Shown piece after piece: positions 9,801 to 16,319 of a DNA stretch of 29,139 bases. Both the position numbers and the translations under genes were made by a program. The stretch comes from a virus. Taxonomy: Duplodnaviria > Caudoviricetes. The stretch spans positions 1-29,139 of the IMG/VR virus record IMGVR_UViG_3300029930_000011; one strand, 5' to 3'. Below the pieces are notes generated by a model, which did not search any database, had not been told where the DNA came from, and was given only the letters and a program-made list of their open reading frames with translations. Position 1 is the first letter of the stretch. Each line of letters starts with the position of its first letter.

Positions 9801-12376
9801 CGATTATAATCGTATAAAGTTGGATCAGTAAGTGAAAGTGAGGTTGTGGTAAAGTCAGAATTATTTCTTACATTTGTTGACTTGGAATCTTGAAGAACAA
9901 ATCCATCTCCAGGTTCTCTACCATTTACAAGTTCTTTTGGAACAACATATCTTACTTTATAAAGTCTTTCATCTAAACTTCTACTATCTTCTTTTCTAAT
10001 AAAATATGATATCTCAGTCTCTGGTGTGGTCAGTCCACTAATATAAGTGTACAGTGAACTTGCAGCATTAACGTGCAAGAACCACTGCCCATACACAGCA
10101 TCCCATTGAATTGGGTGCCCTAGATCTCCTGCATCTTTATCTGAGACCCTACTAATAATTTTGAGTTCTGTTCCAAGATATGAAGTAACATAAATTGGAG
10201 TTATTGCATTGGCATTTGTCTTTGATGATGAAATTTGTATTTGATTTGCCGCAAGTGAAATTCCATCAGTTCTTGCCACACCATCGGTTGTATTTTTTTC
10301 ACTTGTAATCGCATAATAAACAGTATTTGGTTCAATATTTTCTGGATAATCACCACTTTCACTAATAATTCTTATCGTTTCACCATTTTTAAGGGTGTGT
10401 CCAGATGCGATTGTATAAATTGAATTCGTATCAGAAATTGTCGCAGTGTAACTCTTCTCTGAAGTTTTTGTCCCTAGAGCAATTGAACTACCCACACTTA
10501 CTTCATTATCAGTCATTAAGACTGTTGCAAAATTGTTTCTGCTATCTACATAAATTTTTTCATCAAACTTAGAACCAATTCTATATCCTTGAGAAACAAT
10601 TGGCGGAGCAATATCTCTACTCTTATATCCTAAAAGATACAAGTGACTAGAAATACCAACAAACTTTGTTCGTGTGACATCAAATTGTAACCATTCAATT
10701 TCGCTATCTTCACTTACGATTGCTCTTGGAGTAACAATGTTTGTAATATATCCCTTATCATCTTTATCGAATGCTTCTTTTCTAAATCCATCAGCAGCAA
10801 GTGAGTGTTGTCCAAAGTTTGAGTTTGAGTTAGTAATTGAAGCATCACCACCAGACTCAACTTCAAAGTGTTTGTTAAAACCAATTGCAAATACAGAAAC
10901 AACTTGAATGAATGAATCATTGCTCACTTTAATATGAGTTGTTTTCCACCCTGTTCTGTAAATAGCTTCAGGATCTAAATGATAAACATATTCTTGATTT
11001 GTTGATGATGACTCAGATGCAAGTCTTGCACCAACAACCTTCGAAATACCAATTCCATCATAACGTCTAGAAGACTTATTGTATTTTACAAATGCACGGT
11101 CGTCTTTTTGTAGAGATACAGCAGTGAACTGTGCAACAACCATTGAACGGAAACCAGATGCCTTGCTTCCATCAGCGTGCATACCCTGCATTCCCCATAC
11201 CGAACGCAGAGAGATATTGAACACATATGGAGATGCACCAGAAACCGTATCGGTTTCGATTGTAACAGTTGCAGATGCACCACTTAATCCACCAGCAGGA
11301 CCAGCAGGAAGGTTAGGTCTTACATAAGGGAGAACATAAGTAAAGGTTGTCTCATTAACTACATTTTGAACCTTAGTAGAAATATTGTAATCATTTTCAT
11401 TAACACCACGAATTTTGATCGGAGTTCCTGCGCTCAATTCGTGAGCAACTGTCGTGGTGACGGTTACAATTGAACTTGGAGTTGCACCATCTCCAGAAAT
11501 AATACTTGAAATATTAATTGAATCTGCTTGGAATGCACCAACGATTTCCCATTCTGGCCTCAACTTAGCAAATGAGTTTGCATCTGCTGGGAACTTTTGA
11601 TCAATATCTCTGTTTGATGCTCTGTTAAAAGCATTACTGATCTTACTGTAATACATGTCAAGATCAGTAAGACCATATGTTCCAACTTGATTTACACCAT
11701 CAGCGTACTCAAAACAAGTTAGCTTATGGTGAGAGAATGTTGGTTTTACCTGATTTAAAGTTGAAAAACTTTGTGGATCTGTATAAACTAAACCATTCTC
11801 ATCCGCATCAAATAGAGAGAACTGCCAGAAGTAGCAAGCACCAGTAATTCTGAAGATTGCACTATTTGGGGCGGCAGAATCTGTTGGGTTTGGAACATAC
11901 TTTGGACGCAGTTTTGTCTTTCTTAAGTCCAGACCAACAATAGAAGTGCCTCGTGGGACAATAACGCCACCATTAACACTGTTAAACTTATAAAGAATAT
12001 TGTCTGTCTGAGTTAAGTCAAAGTTAGAATCTAGTGTTAAAGTTAAAGTGCTTTGGGCAGCAGTTTCAGTTCCAGATGGACTAACTGCTTTTGCAACTCC
12101 ACTGGCATCATAAATTGCAAAACCAGGTCTATTATCAATTAAGTGTTCACCTGGAAACAACATAATTGTTGTTTTTTCGGTAATATCGTTATCGTTTCCT
12201 CTCAGATATGAAAACCTTGCTGATTCTAAAAGAGCCCTCTGCACCGTCTTGAAGGGCTTGGTCATTGAGTTGCCTTGATTCTCAATACCATCAGTAGCAT
12301 CAAGGTCATTGGGGTTAACATAAAGAATACGACCTTCTGTATTCTTAATAAAATTCTCAAGCTTGTTTAAAGGCAT
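6845..12376 (-). CDS. Large tail fibre / virion structural protein with C-terminal S74 chaperone
   Basis: N-terminal ILYVNPND...GNSMTKPFKTVQRAL typical of cyanophage fibres; repeated H(E/N/T)LxxGxxI modules; C-terminal SDMRLKENI...SAQEVQQVLPEAV...VKYDKLVPLLIEAIKEL. Confidence 0.85.
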   Translation of the reverse strand: MPLNKLENFIKNTEGRILYVNPNDLDATDGIENQGNSMTKPFKTVQRALLESARFSYLRGNDNDITEKTTIMLFPGEHLIDNRPGFAIYDASGVAKAVSPSGTETAAQSTLTLTLDSNFDLTQTDNILYKFNSVNGGVIVPRGTSIVGLDLRKTKLRPKYVPNPTDSAAPNSAIFRITGACYFWQFSLFDADENGLVYTDPQSFSTLNQVKPTFSHHKLTCFEYADGVNQVGTYGLTDLDMYYSKISNAFNRASNRDIDQKFPADANSFAKLRPEWEIVGAFQADSINISSIISGDGATPSSIVTVTTTVAHELSAGTPIKIRGVNENDYNISTKVQNVVNETTFTYVLPYVRPNLPAGPAGGLSGASATVTIETDTVSGASPYVFNISLRSVWGMQGMHADGSKASGFRSMVVAQFTAVSLQKDDRAFVKYNKSSRRYDGIGISKVVGARLASESSSTNQEYVYHLDPEAIYRTGWKTTHIKVSNDSFIQVVSVFAIGFNKHFEVESGGDASITNSNSNFGQHSLAADGFRKEAFDKDDKGYITNIVTPRAIVSEDSEIEWLQFDVTRTKFVGISSHLYLLGYKSRDIAPPIVSQGYRIGSKFDEKIYVDSRNNFATVLMTDNEVSVGSSIALGTKTSEKSYTATISDTNSIYTIASGHTLKNGETIRIISESGDYPENIEPNTVYYAITSEKNTTDGVARTDGISLAANQIQISSSKTNANAITPIYVTSYLGTELKIISRVSDKDAGDLGHPIQWDAVYGQWFLHVNAASSLYTYISGLTTPETEISYFIRKEDSRSLDERLYKVRYVVPKELVNGREPGDGFVLQDSKSTNVRNNSDFTTTSLSLTDPTLYDYNRNPRFITTCTYDSGPPAIVTVLTDKPHNLKVNDQIIIKNVTSSSNTAGTVNRGYNGTFNVVSVVNDKSFTYSTTDVFGIVHDVGSFTNNTNIRTTALPRFERSDCQSNLYVYRKEVISPYIYGVQDGVYYLYLLNASNSIVTEFTDLKYSQNLVDLYPQLDKDNYNDNPQSAKTYAKRSPLGDIVTNDLKKSITRETIDKFYKTFDYGIEISSVSNSTSSATLTLSREHQLAGVKQYTTLNGGSGHTNGTYYNVKLFNDASSPASAVWDGATATVTVSGGAVTSATITEGGSGYTTGETLYFDSSKIGGTPQANITITTAGISTTGDNYIQVTGIGTTAGGYFRISSTSNKSAISIAKTAGDPIAVAGQYVVPLGPFSIIQQDSYDNTTGISTFSALAGSYHGLLAGSSFRILDSSNNNLGDFVVGTSSSVRTFSAKTDKSISDAYYLLKHGLSANSASADKLGENLGIRGLIIYDRETMVLNESIGSDASFKVRLRESSGIGTTGRFPLGSYIQIDNEIMRITSSTLSGASNDEITVIRGSMGTIIENHSSGVPIRKIKLAPVQFHRPSIARASGHTFEYLGYGPGNYSTGLPQVQLKTLTEREDFLAQSQETACGSVLYTGMNSNGDVFSGNTKTAAASGTVISYDIPKPTVTGQDPNRLSVVFDEVIVKERILVEGGNSNQLLSQFEGPVTFNEDVRMNRQLILNNNLRVGGTVEFRNDRQSESCTTGALVVTGGVGIGKNTNICGILSVAQNAFFGGNVKLYDAGILKFGNSDDLTITHDGSNSYITDSGTGSLFVNTNTLSVKSANGSEQLALFEENGSASLYYDANLKFKTVTDGVEATGKMAATGAITGASLTVSGAITGASVSVSGDIIAGGDITAFASDMRLKENIKPIDNALDKVLSLRGFTYNFNDIGQSLGYDPSISHSGVSAQEVQQVLPEAVTPAPLNPNYLSVKYDKLVPLLIEAIKELKQEIEDLKNNK

Positions 12377-12408
12377 TTTTCTATTTTCTTTGAGATCTCA
12401 TTATCTTT

Positions 12409-12416
12409 TATTTATT
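12409..12416 (-). promoter_or_regulatory. T4-type late promoter AATAAATA
   Basis: Overlaps the TAA of the 101-aa ORF; 32 nt upstream of the large fibre ATG. Confidence 0.6.
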
Positions 12417-12717
12417 CCAGTAAATCCTCCTCGTTATATTCATATTCAAGATCATCTGGCATATCTTCTGGGTTCTCTAACTCAACTGGAAAGAAGCAAG
12501 GATGCACTTCTTCGTCAATCAAGTAGAATGAAGTTCGGTATAAGTCTTCTGGTTCAAACGATCTATTCTTATCTGCTGCTCTGCATAGGTCTTGGTCATA
12601 TAAGTGACCATCAGGCATTTCATCAAACGTAAAGGGAACGTGATTGATGAAATACATCTTCACGATCATAGTGCCGTTGTTATACCAGCAATATGCGTGA
12701 TCTATGCGATAAGACAT
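12412..12717 (-). CDS. Hypothetical protein with acidic C-terminus
   Basis: 101 aa, co-oriented with neighbours, fills the gap, and preceded by AATAAATA. Confidence 0.75.
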   Translation of the reverse strand: MSYRIDHAYCWYNNGTMIVKMYFINHVPFTFDEMPDGHLYDQDLCRAADKNRSFEPEDLYRTSFYLIDEEVHPCFFPVELENPEDMPDDLEYEYNEEDLLE

Positions 12718-12737
12718 AGGGGTTTTCCCATATCTTA

Positions 12738-12745
12738 TATTTATT
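12738..12745 (-). promoter_or_regulatory. T4-type late promoter AATAAATA
   Basis: 20 nt upstream of the ATG at 12717, immediately after the last tRNA. Confidence 0.55.
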
Positions 12746-12749
12746 TTTA

Positions 12750-12822
12750 TACCCGTGGACAGATTCGAACTGTCGCTTGAACGATTTTAAGTCGTTTGCC
12801 TCTTCCGCTGGGCTACACGGGC
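12750..12822 (-). tRNA. trnL: tRNA-Leu(TAA), 73 nt, short variable loop, CCA not encoded
   Basis: GCCCGTG TA GCC CAGCGGAAGA GGC A AACGA CTTAAAA TCGTT CAAGC GACAG TTCGAAT CTGTC CACGGGT A. Confidence 0.9.
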
Positions 12823-12827
12823 GTAGG

Positions 12828-12900
12828 TGCTCCTTGTGGGGAACGATCCCACCTCTGCCGAATTATGAGTTCGGTGCATTCACCAGATTGCTAAAGGAGC
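12828..12900 (-). tRNA. tRNA with CAT anticodon, probably Ile2 (lysidine) rather than Met
   Basis: GCTCCTT TA GCA ATCTGGTGAA TGC A CCGAA CTCATAA TTCGG CAGAG GTGGG ATCGTTC CCCAC AAGGAGC A. Has C4:G69 and C5:G68 as in Ile2 and no initiator hallmarks. Confidence 0.8.
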
Positions 12901-12903
12901 GGG

Positions 12904-12991
12904 AGGAGAGATCCATACAGTGAAACAGAAGCGCACAATAAGTCATAGGACTGTTTCATTCCGACTTACAGGCAGGGTTTTTCACTCTCCT
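12904..12991. ncRNA. Putative structured RNA with pseudoknot, family unknown
   Basis: Outer stem AGGAGAG(12904-10)/CTCTCCT(12985-91); inner stem TGAAACAG(12921-28)/CTGTTTCA(12951-58); loop TAAGTC(12939-44) complementary to GACTTA(12963-68). Confidence 0.55.
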
Positions 12992-12998
12992 TTTTTCA

Positions 12999-13050
12999 AG
13001 TAGGTTTCCTGTTGCTTATCCTTTAAAACCCACTACAAAATGGATAAGCA
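12999..13050 (-). ncRNA. H-type pseudoknot RNA, candidate abiF-like motif
   Basis: Perfect 9-bp stem UGCUUAUCC/GGAUAAGCA; loop AGUGGGUUUU pairs with downstream GAAACCUACU (10 bp, 2 G-U, which work only on the minus strand). The family name is from recollection and unverified. Confidence 0.6.
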
Positions 13051-13052
13051 GA

Positions 13053-13140
13053 TACGAGTGCCTGGATTCGAACCAGGTCAAAGCCGCTAATCTGGCGGAA
13101 AGAGTTTATAAGACTCCTCTGACTACCAAGTCTCACTCGC
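13053..13140 (-). tRNA. Non-canonical tRNA with TAT anticodon (nominal Ile), 88 nt, long variable arm
   Basis: GCGAGTG A GAC TTGGTA GTC AGA GGAGT CTTATAA ACTCT TTCCGCCAGATTAGCGGCTTTGA CCTGG TTCGAAT CCAGG CACTCGT A. Confidence 0.8.
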
Positions 13141-13150
13141 AATACAAATA

Positions 13151-13324
13151 CTACTGAGCCTCGTTGTTTAACTCGGTGTGTATTCGTATCAAATCTTCAT
13201 CTGCGGGCATCATCACTGCTGCCTGCCCGTCATCGTTGATGATACCTATGCGCTCACCGTTTTCTACACGAGTCATAAGTTCATCCCATCGTTCTTGAAA
13301 CTCTTCCACGGTAAAAACTTCCAT
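13151..13324 (-). CDS. Phd/YefM antitoxin-like protein, 57 aa; not in the ORF track
   Basis: MEVFTVEEFQERWDELMTRVENGERIGIINDDGQAAVMMPADEDLIRIHTELNNEAQ follows the Phd/YefM beta-alpha-alpha-beta-beta pattern (ELxxRVENGExIxI...AVMMP); TAATG coupling to the upstream ORF. Confidence 0.7.
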   Translation of the reverse strand: MEVFTVEEFQERWDELMTRVENGERIGIINDDGQAAVMMPADEDLIRIHTELNNEAQ

Positions 13325-13524
13325 TAGTTATCATAGATAGCAAGATCCGCATACTCAATCTGTTCAGGATCCAGTTGATCGGTTACCACTTCAAGAACGT
13401 TCATAAACTCTTCAACAGTCTCACATTCTACCAGACGCTCGCTGCCTTGATCACTCAACAGCAGGAAGGTGCGGGTGCAGACATCAATCACAATACCTTG
13501 AACGGCTTCTTGTGCGGTGCTCAT
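13324..13524 (-). CDS. Small acidic hypothetical protein, 66 aa
   Basis: First gene after a perfect sigma70 promoter; stop overlaps the next start; 15 D/E versus 2 R and no K. Confidence 0.8.
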   Translation of the reverse strand: MSTAQEAVQGIVIDVCTRTFLLLSDQGSERLVECETVEEFMNVLEVVTDQLDPEQIEYADLAIYDN

Positions 13525-13549
13525 CGGGGGTTTTCTTGATTACCTGAAT

Positions 13550-13578
13550 ATTATATAGGGTCTTGGGGCGGGTGTCAA
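13550..13578 (-). promoter_or_regulatory. Perfect-consensus sigma70 promoter
   Basis: TTGACA (13578-13573), 17-bp spacer CCCGCCCCAAGACCCTA, TATAAT (13555-13550). Confidence 0.9.
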
Positions 13579-13582
13579 GGGG

Positions 13583-14053
13583 TCAGAAGTAATTAATGTT
13601 GAGGACCAGTCTCCCAGGTTCGTCCGTGCAGGTCGTTCCTGTATGCTTAATGTTACTATCAAACTTAACTAGTCTATTCCTTACACTATTCACCTTTTCA
13701 CCTGTTTCAAACATTGTATAACCGTTATTGGTGTTTAAGTATAAAACAGCGGTAGTAATATCTGGATAATCAATATGTAAAGCATCAGTATGTTCAACTA
13801 AGTTCTCTGTCCAAGGATTGATATTAACTTTTATACGAACCAAGGAACGCATTTGAAGTTTAGATCTCAGAAATTTTACATACTTGAAATATACTAATGG
13901 TTCATCATTTTGGTAAAAACAATGAGTGAATTGGCAATATTTACTTTGATTTGTAACAAGACCAAAAAACCAAGGAAACTCTAAGTCTGATACTAGATTG
14001 TAAATCTGATTAAACTCTTCATTGGTCAAAAAATCATCAATAATCTCAATCAT
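13583..14053 (-). CDS. 2OG-Fe(II) oxygenase superfamily protein
   Basis: HxD (LHID), TAVLYLN, NRLVKFD, distal His (KHTG) and terminal R-x-V-L-N-I-N. Confidence 0.85.
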   Translation of the reverse strand: MIEIIDDFLTNEEFNQIYNLVSDLEFPWFFGLVTNQSKYCQFTHCFYQNDEPLVYFKYVKFLRSKLQMRSLVRIKVNINPWTENLVEHTDALHIDYPDITTAVLYLNTNNGYTMFETGEKVNSVRNRLVKFDSNIKHTGTTCTDEPGRLVLNINYF

Positions 14054-14055
14054 AA

Positions 14056-14544
14056 TCAGTCAGGTTTTGTTGGCCAAAGTTCGTGATTTTCGTCTCTTAC
14101 TAACTCTCTATATTGCTCTTCGGTGATGGTTTCTGGAAGATCTCTCAGTTGTTGGCGATAAACTCTCCATGCTTCTTTTTGTTCTTCTGTCAAAACATTA
14201 TCTGGAACTTGAGTCCAATCACTATGTGTCAGTCTGATTGATCTCAACTTACGAAGAATCCTTGGCCAGTTTCTTTCCCACTCCCATTCATATTCGATTC
14301 TTGCGTGCTCATCCGCAATTCTTTGCTTCTCATTTTCGTGGCATACAACTGCCTGTTCATATGTTCCTAGTTCTTCAATACGTTCATTACTAGTTTCATC
14401 ACGAAACTCAACTTCACCCCACGTGTCATACCATTGAACGGCGTGAACGTCATTGGGAACCCAAGACCAGTCAGTGCTAATACCAGAATATGCCTCACCA
14501 TCAATAATGATTGTCTTGTCTGGGACTATGATTGTAAGTCTCAT
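14056..14544 (-). CDS. Tail fibre assembly chaperone
   Basis: C-terminal R..RL..SDWTQVPD...W..YRQQLRDLP...WPTKP motif. Confidence 0.85.
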   Translation of the reverse strand: MRLTIIVPDKTIIIDGEAYSGISTDWSWVPNDVHAVQWYDTWGEVEFRDETSNERIEELGTYEQAVVCHENEKQRIADEHARIEYEWEWERNWPRILRKLRSIRLTHSDWTQVPDNVLTEEQKEAWRVYRQQLRDLPETITEEQYRELVRDENHELWPTKPD

Positions 14545-14897
14545 TCTTCTTTCTCCTCAGGTGACTCTTCTAACATCTGAATGGGTTGTTCTAACGGAGC
14601 AATTCTGGTTGGAATGACTCCGTGCGTTAATGCTTTTATGTATAACTGTTGATTGGAATGATTTGCCTTTACCACTTCATTGCGGAATGATTCCACTGCC
14701 GCTCCTGCCTGATTTGTCTTTTGAGTAATGTCCATTGCCATATAAGGCATCCAGGCAACGGCACAAGCAGCTTCATCAATTGGTTCTCCTGTGTTTGGAT
14801 TGGTTCCCCTAACTCTCATAAACCAGGCACATTTCTCTTTTACACAATCTTTTTTAATCAGTGGGCAAAAAGTTCCACTATCTTTCGATTTACCCAT
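14541..14897 (-). CDS. Hypothetical 4-Cys protein associated with the fibre module
   Basis: CPLIKKDC-x4-CAWF...ACAVAW; ATGA overlap with the chaperone gene. Confidence 0.7.
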   Translation of the reverse strand: MGKSKDSGTFCPLIKKDCVKEKCAWFMRVRGTNPNTGEPIDEAACAVAWMPYMAMDITQKTNQAGAAVESFRNEVVKANHSNQQLYIKALTHGVIPTRIAPLEQPIQMLEESPEEKEE

Positions 14898-14904
14898 TCA
14901 AATA

Positions 14905-15768
14905 TTAGTTTCTAGTACATATTATAACATCAATATATTGAACTGCAAAGTCCATTGAACTTCCACTAAAACTACTACTTACACTGCCACTTAATCCGTG
15001 ACTGTGATCTGATTGCGAAATCCCGTGTGAGTGAGAATCACCACTTCCTGCACCACCTGTCGTATCTCCTCTTGTAAATGGGCGGTTGTCATTATCGTGT
15101 CCGTTGTTTGAACCTTCAACGCTGCTACCAAAGTTTCCATAGTTGCCATTGTTTTCTGCAAAAAAACCATTTTCAAAACTGTGACCGTGATTTGCTAGTT
15201 GTCCAGTTGATAATGTGGTTCCATTTACACTGATATTTGCAGAAGCTCCGCTAGTGCTTCCAGAAAAAGAGGAACTTACAGAACCGCTGGGTGTTCTACT
15301 GGTAAAAACACTGGTAAAAGCAGTCGAACCACCAGATCCTCCACCAGTACCAGATACAACTCTCAAAGACTTATCATTATGTGTGGTAACTTTTGTCCAA
15401 CCAGTTGGTGCTGCCGCCTGATAAAACAGCATCGAAGTTCCCGATGGAATTGCTTCAACTGGTGTTGCAACTTCTGCCCAGGAAGGGACAAATCCTGGAC
15501 CATTAGACTTTAAAAAATACCCAGAAGTTCCTGGATTAATATAAGAAGTTGTTGGTTCATCACCAACTACAGATTGATAAGGAATAGCACCAGTATTTAA
15601 ACCAACTACATTTTTTGATTGTAAGTTTTGTGCATATTTTACAGTTACTACATTTTCAGGTTGATCTAGACCATAAACTTTCCCAAAAAAAGTTACATCA
15701 TTCTGAAAATAAACTTCATTATTGAATGATGATAAATCCGATAGATTTTCTTTATCTTGAAATGACAT
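14905..15768 (-). CDS. Short tail fibre with collar-like domain and HxH needle motifs
   Basis: IPSGTSMLFYQAAAPTGW collar-like start; NHGH, SHSH and DHSH motifs; terminal VQYIDVIIC strand. Confidence 0.75.
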   Translation of the reverse strand: MSFQDKENLSDLSSFNNEVYFQNDVTFFGKVYGLDQPENVVTVKYAQNLQSKNVVGLNTGAIPYQSVVGDEPTTSYINPGTSGYFLKSNGPGFVPSWAEVATPVEAIPSGTSMLFYQAAAPTGWTKVTTHNDKSLRVVSGTGGGSGGSTAFTSVFTSRTPSGSVSSSFSGSTSGASANISVNGTTLSTGQLANHGHSFENGFFAENNGNYGNFGSSVEGSNNGHDNDNRPFTRGDTTGGAGSGDSHSHGISQSDHSHGLSGSVSSSFSGSSMDFAVQYIDVIICTRN

Positions 15769-15778
15769 AACTACCTCA

Positions 15779-16318
15779 CTATAATACTCCTAATACTGCA
15801 AGTGCAGATTCTGTTACATATGTGCCCTTAAAAGCTTTGAACATAAATGTCGATTTTTGTGGGGCGAGATTGCCAGCAAGAGCATCGCAGTTTGCAATAT
15901 TGCTCTTAAGTGTAATTTTATTTCCTGCTTGAATTTTAATATTGTTTCCTGCGGTTAAATTTAAATTTTGATCAGCATCCACAACAATATTGGCACCACG
16001 AATTCTAACTTGTCCATTTTTTTCTGCCGTGATCCAAATATCTCCATTTTTTCCAGTAATAATGACATCAACACCTGTTTCAGTGCTCTTTTTTCCTGCA
16101 ACAATTTCAATTGATTGATCATTATAAATGTGAAACATTCCACCGTGGTTCATACCAACAAGTGAAACATCTTTGTTATCTGTTATACCATAAAGATCAT
16201 AGAGAGTACTACCATTTAAACCCATTTGAGGATTTCCAGTATCAATTCTGAAGTTAGAACTGAAACTATGAGTCTTTCTTCTCTGCCAGTTTTGTTTATC
16301 AAAAGGTCTTTCTGCCAT
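15779..16318 (-). CDS. Probable spike beta-helix protein (gp5 C-terminal-like)
   Basis: About 8-residue beta repeats (ADQNLNLT AGNNIKIQ AGNKITLK); starts 1 nt after the gp5 stop. Confidence 0.55.
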   Translation of the reverse strand: MAERPFDKQNWQRRKTHSFSSNFRIDTGNPQMGLNGSTLYDLYGITDNKDVSLVGMNHGGMFHIYNDQSIEIVAGKKSTETGVDVIITGKNGDIWITAEKNGQVRIRGANIVVDADQNLNLTAGNNIKIQAGNKITLKSNIANCDALAGNLAPQKSTFMFKAFKGTYVTESALAVLGVL

Positions 16319-16319
16319 T

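Noticed and set aside
12363-12632. 89-aa plus-strand ORF
   Set aside because: Overlaps two better-supported minus-strand genes and has no promoter or motif support.
12828-12900. CAT tRNA as initiator fMet
   Set aside because: G1:C72 is paired and the anticodon stem lacks the three consecutive G:C pairs.
12901-13052. Inter-tRNA region as a CRISPR mini-array, extra tRNA or hammerhead ribozyme
   Set aside because: No direct repeats, no T-arm/cloverleaf and no CUGAnGA core found by eye; retained only as unassigned structured RNA.
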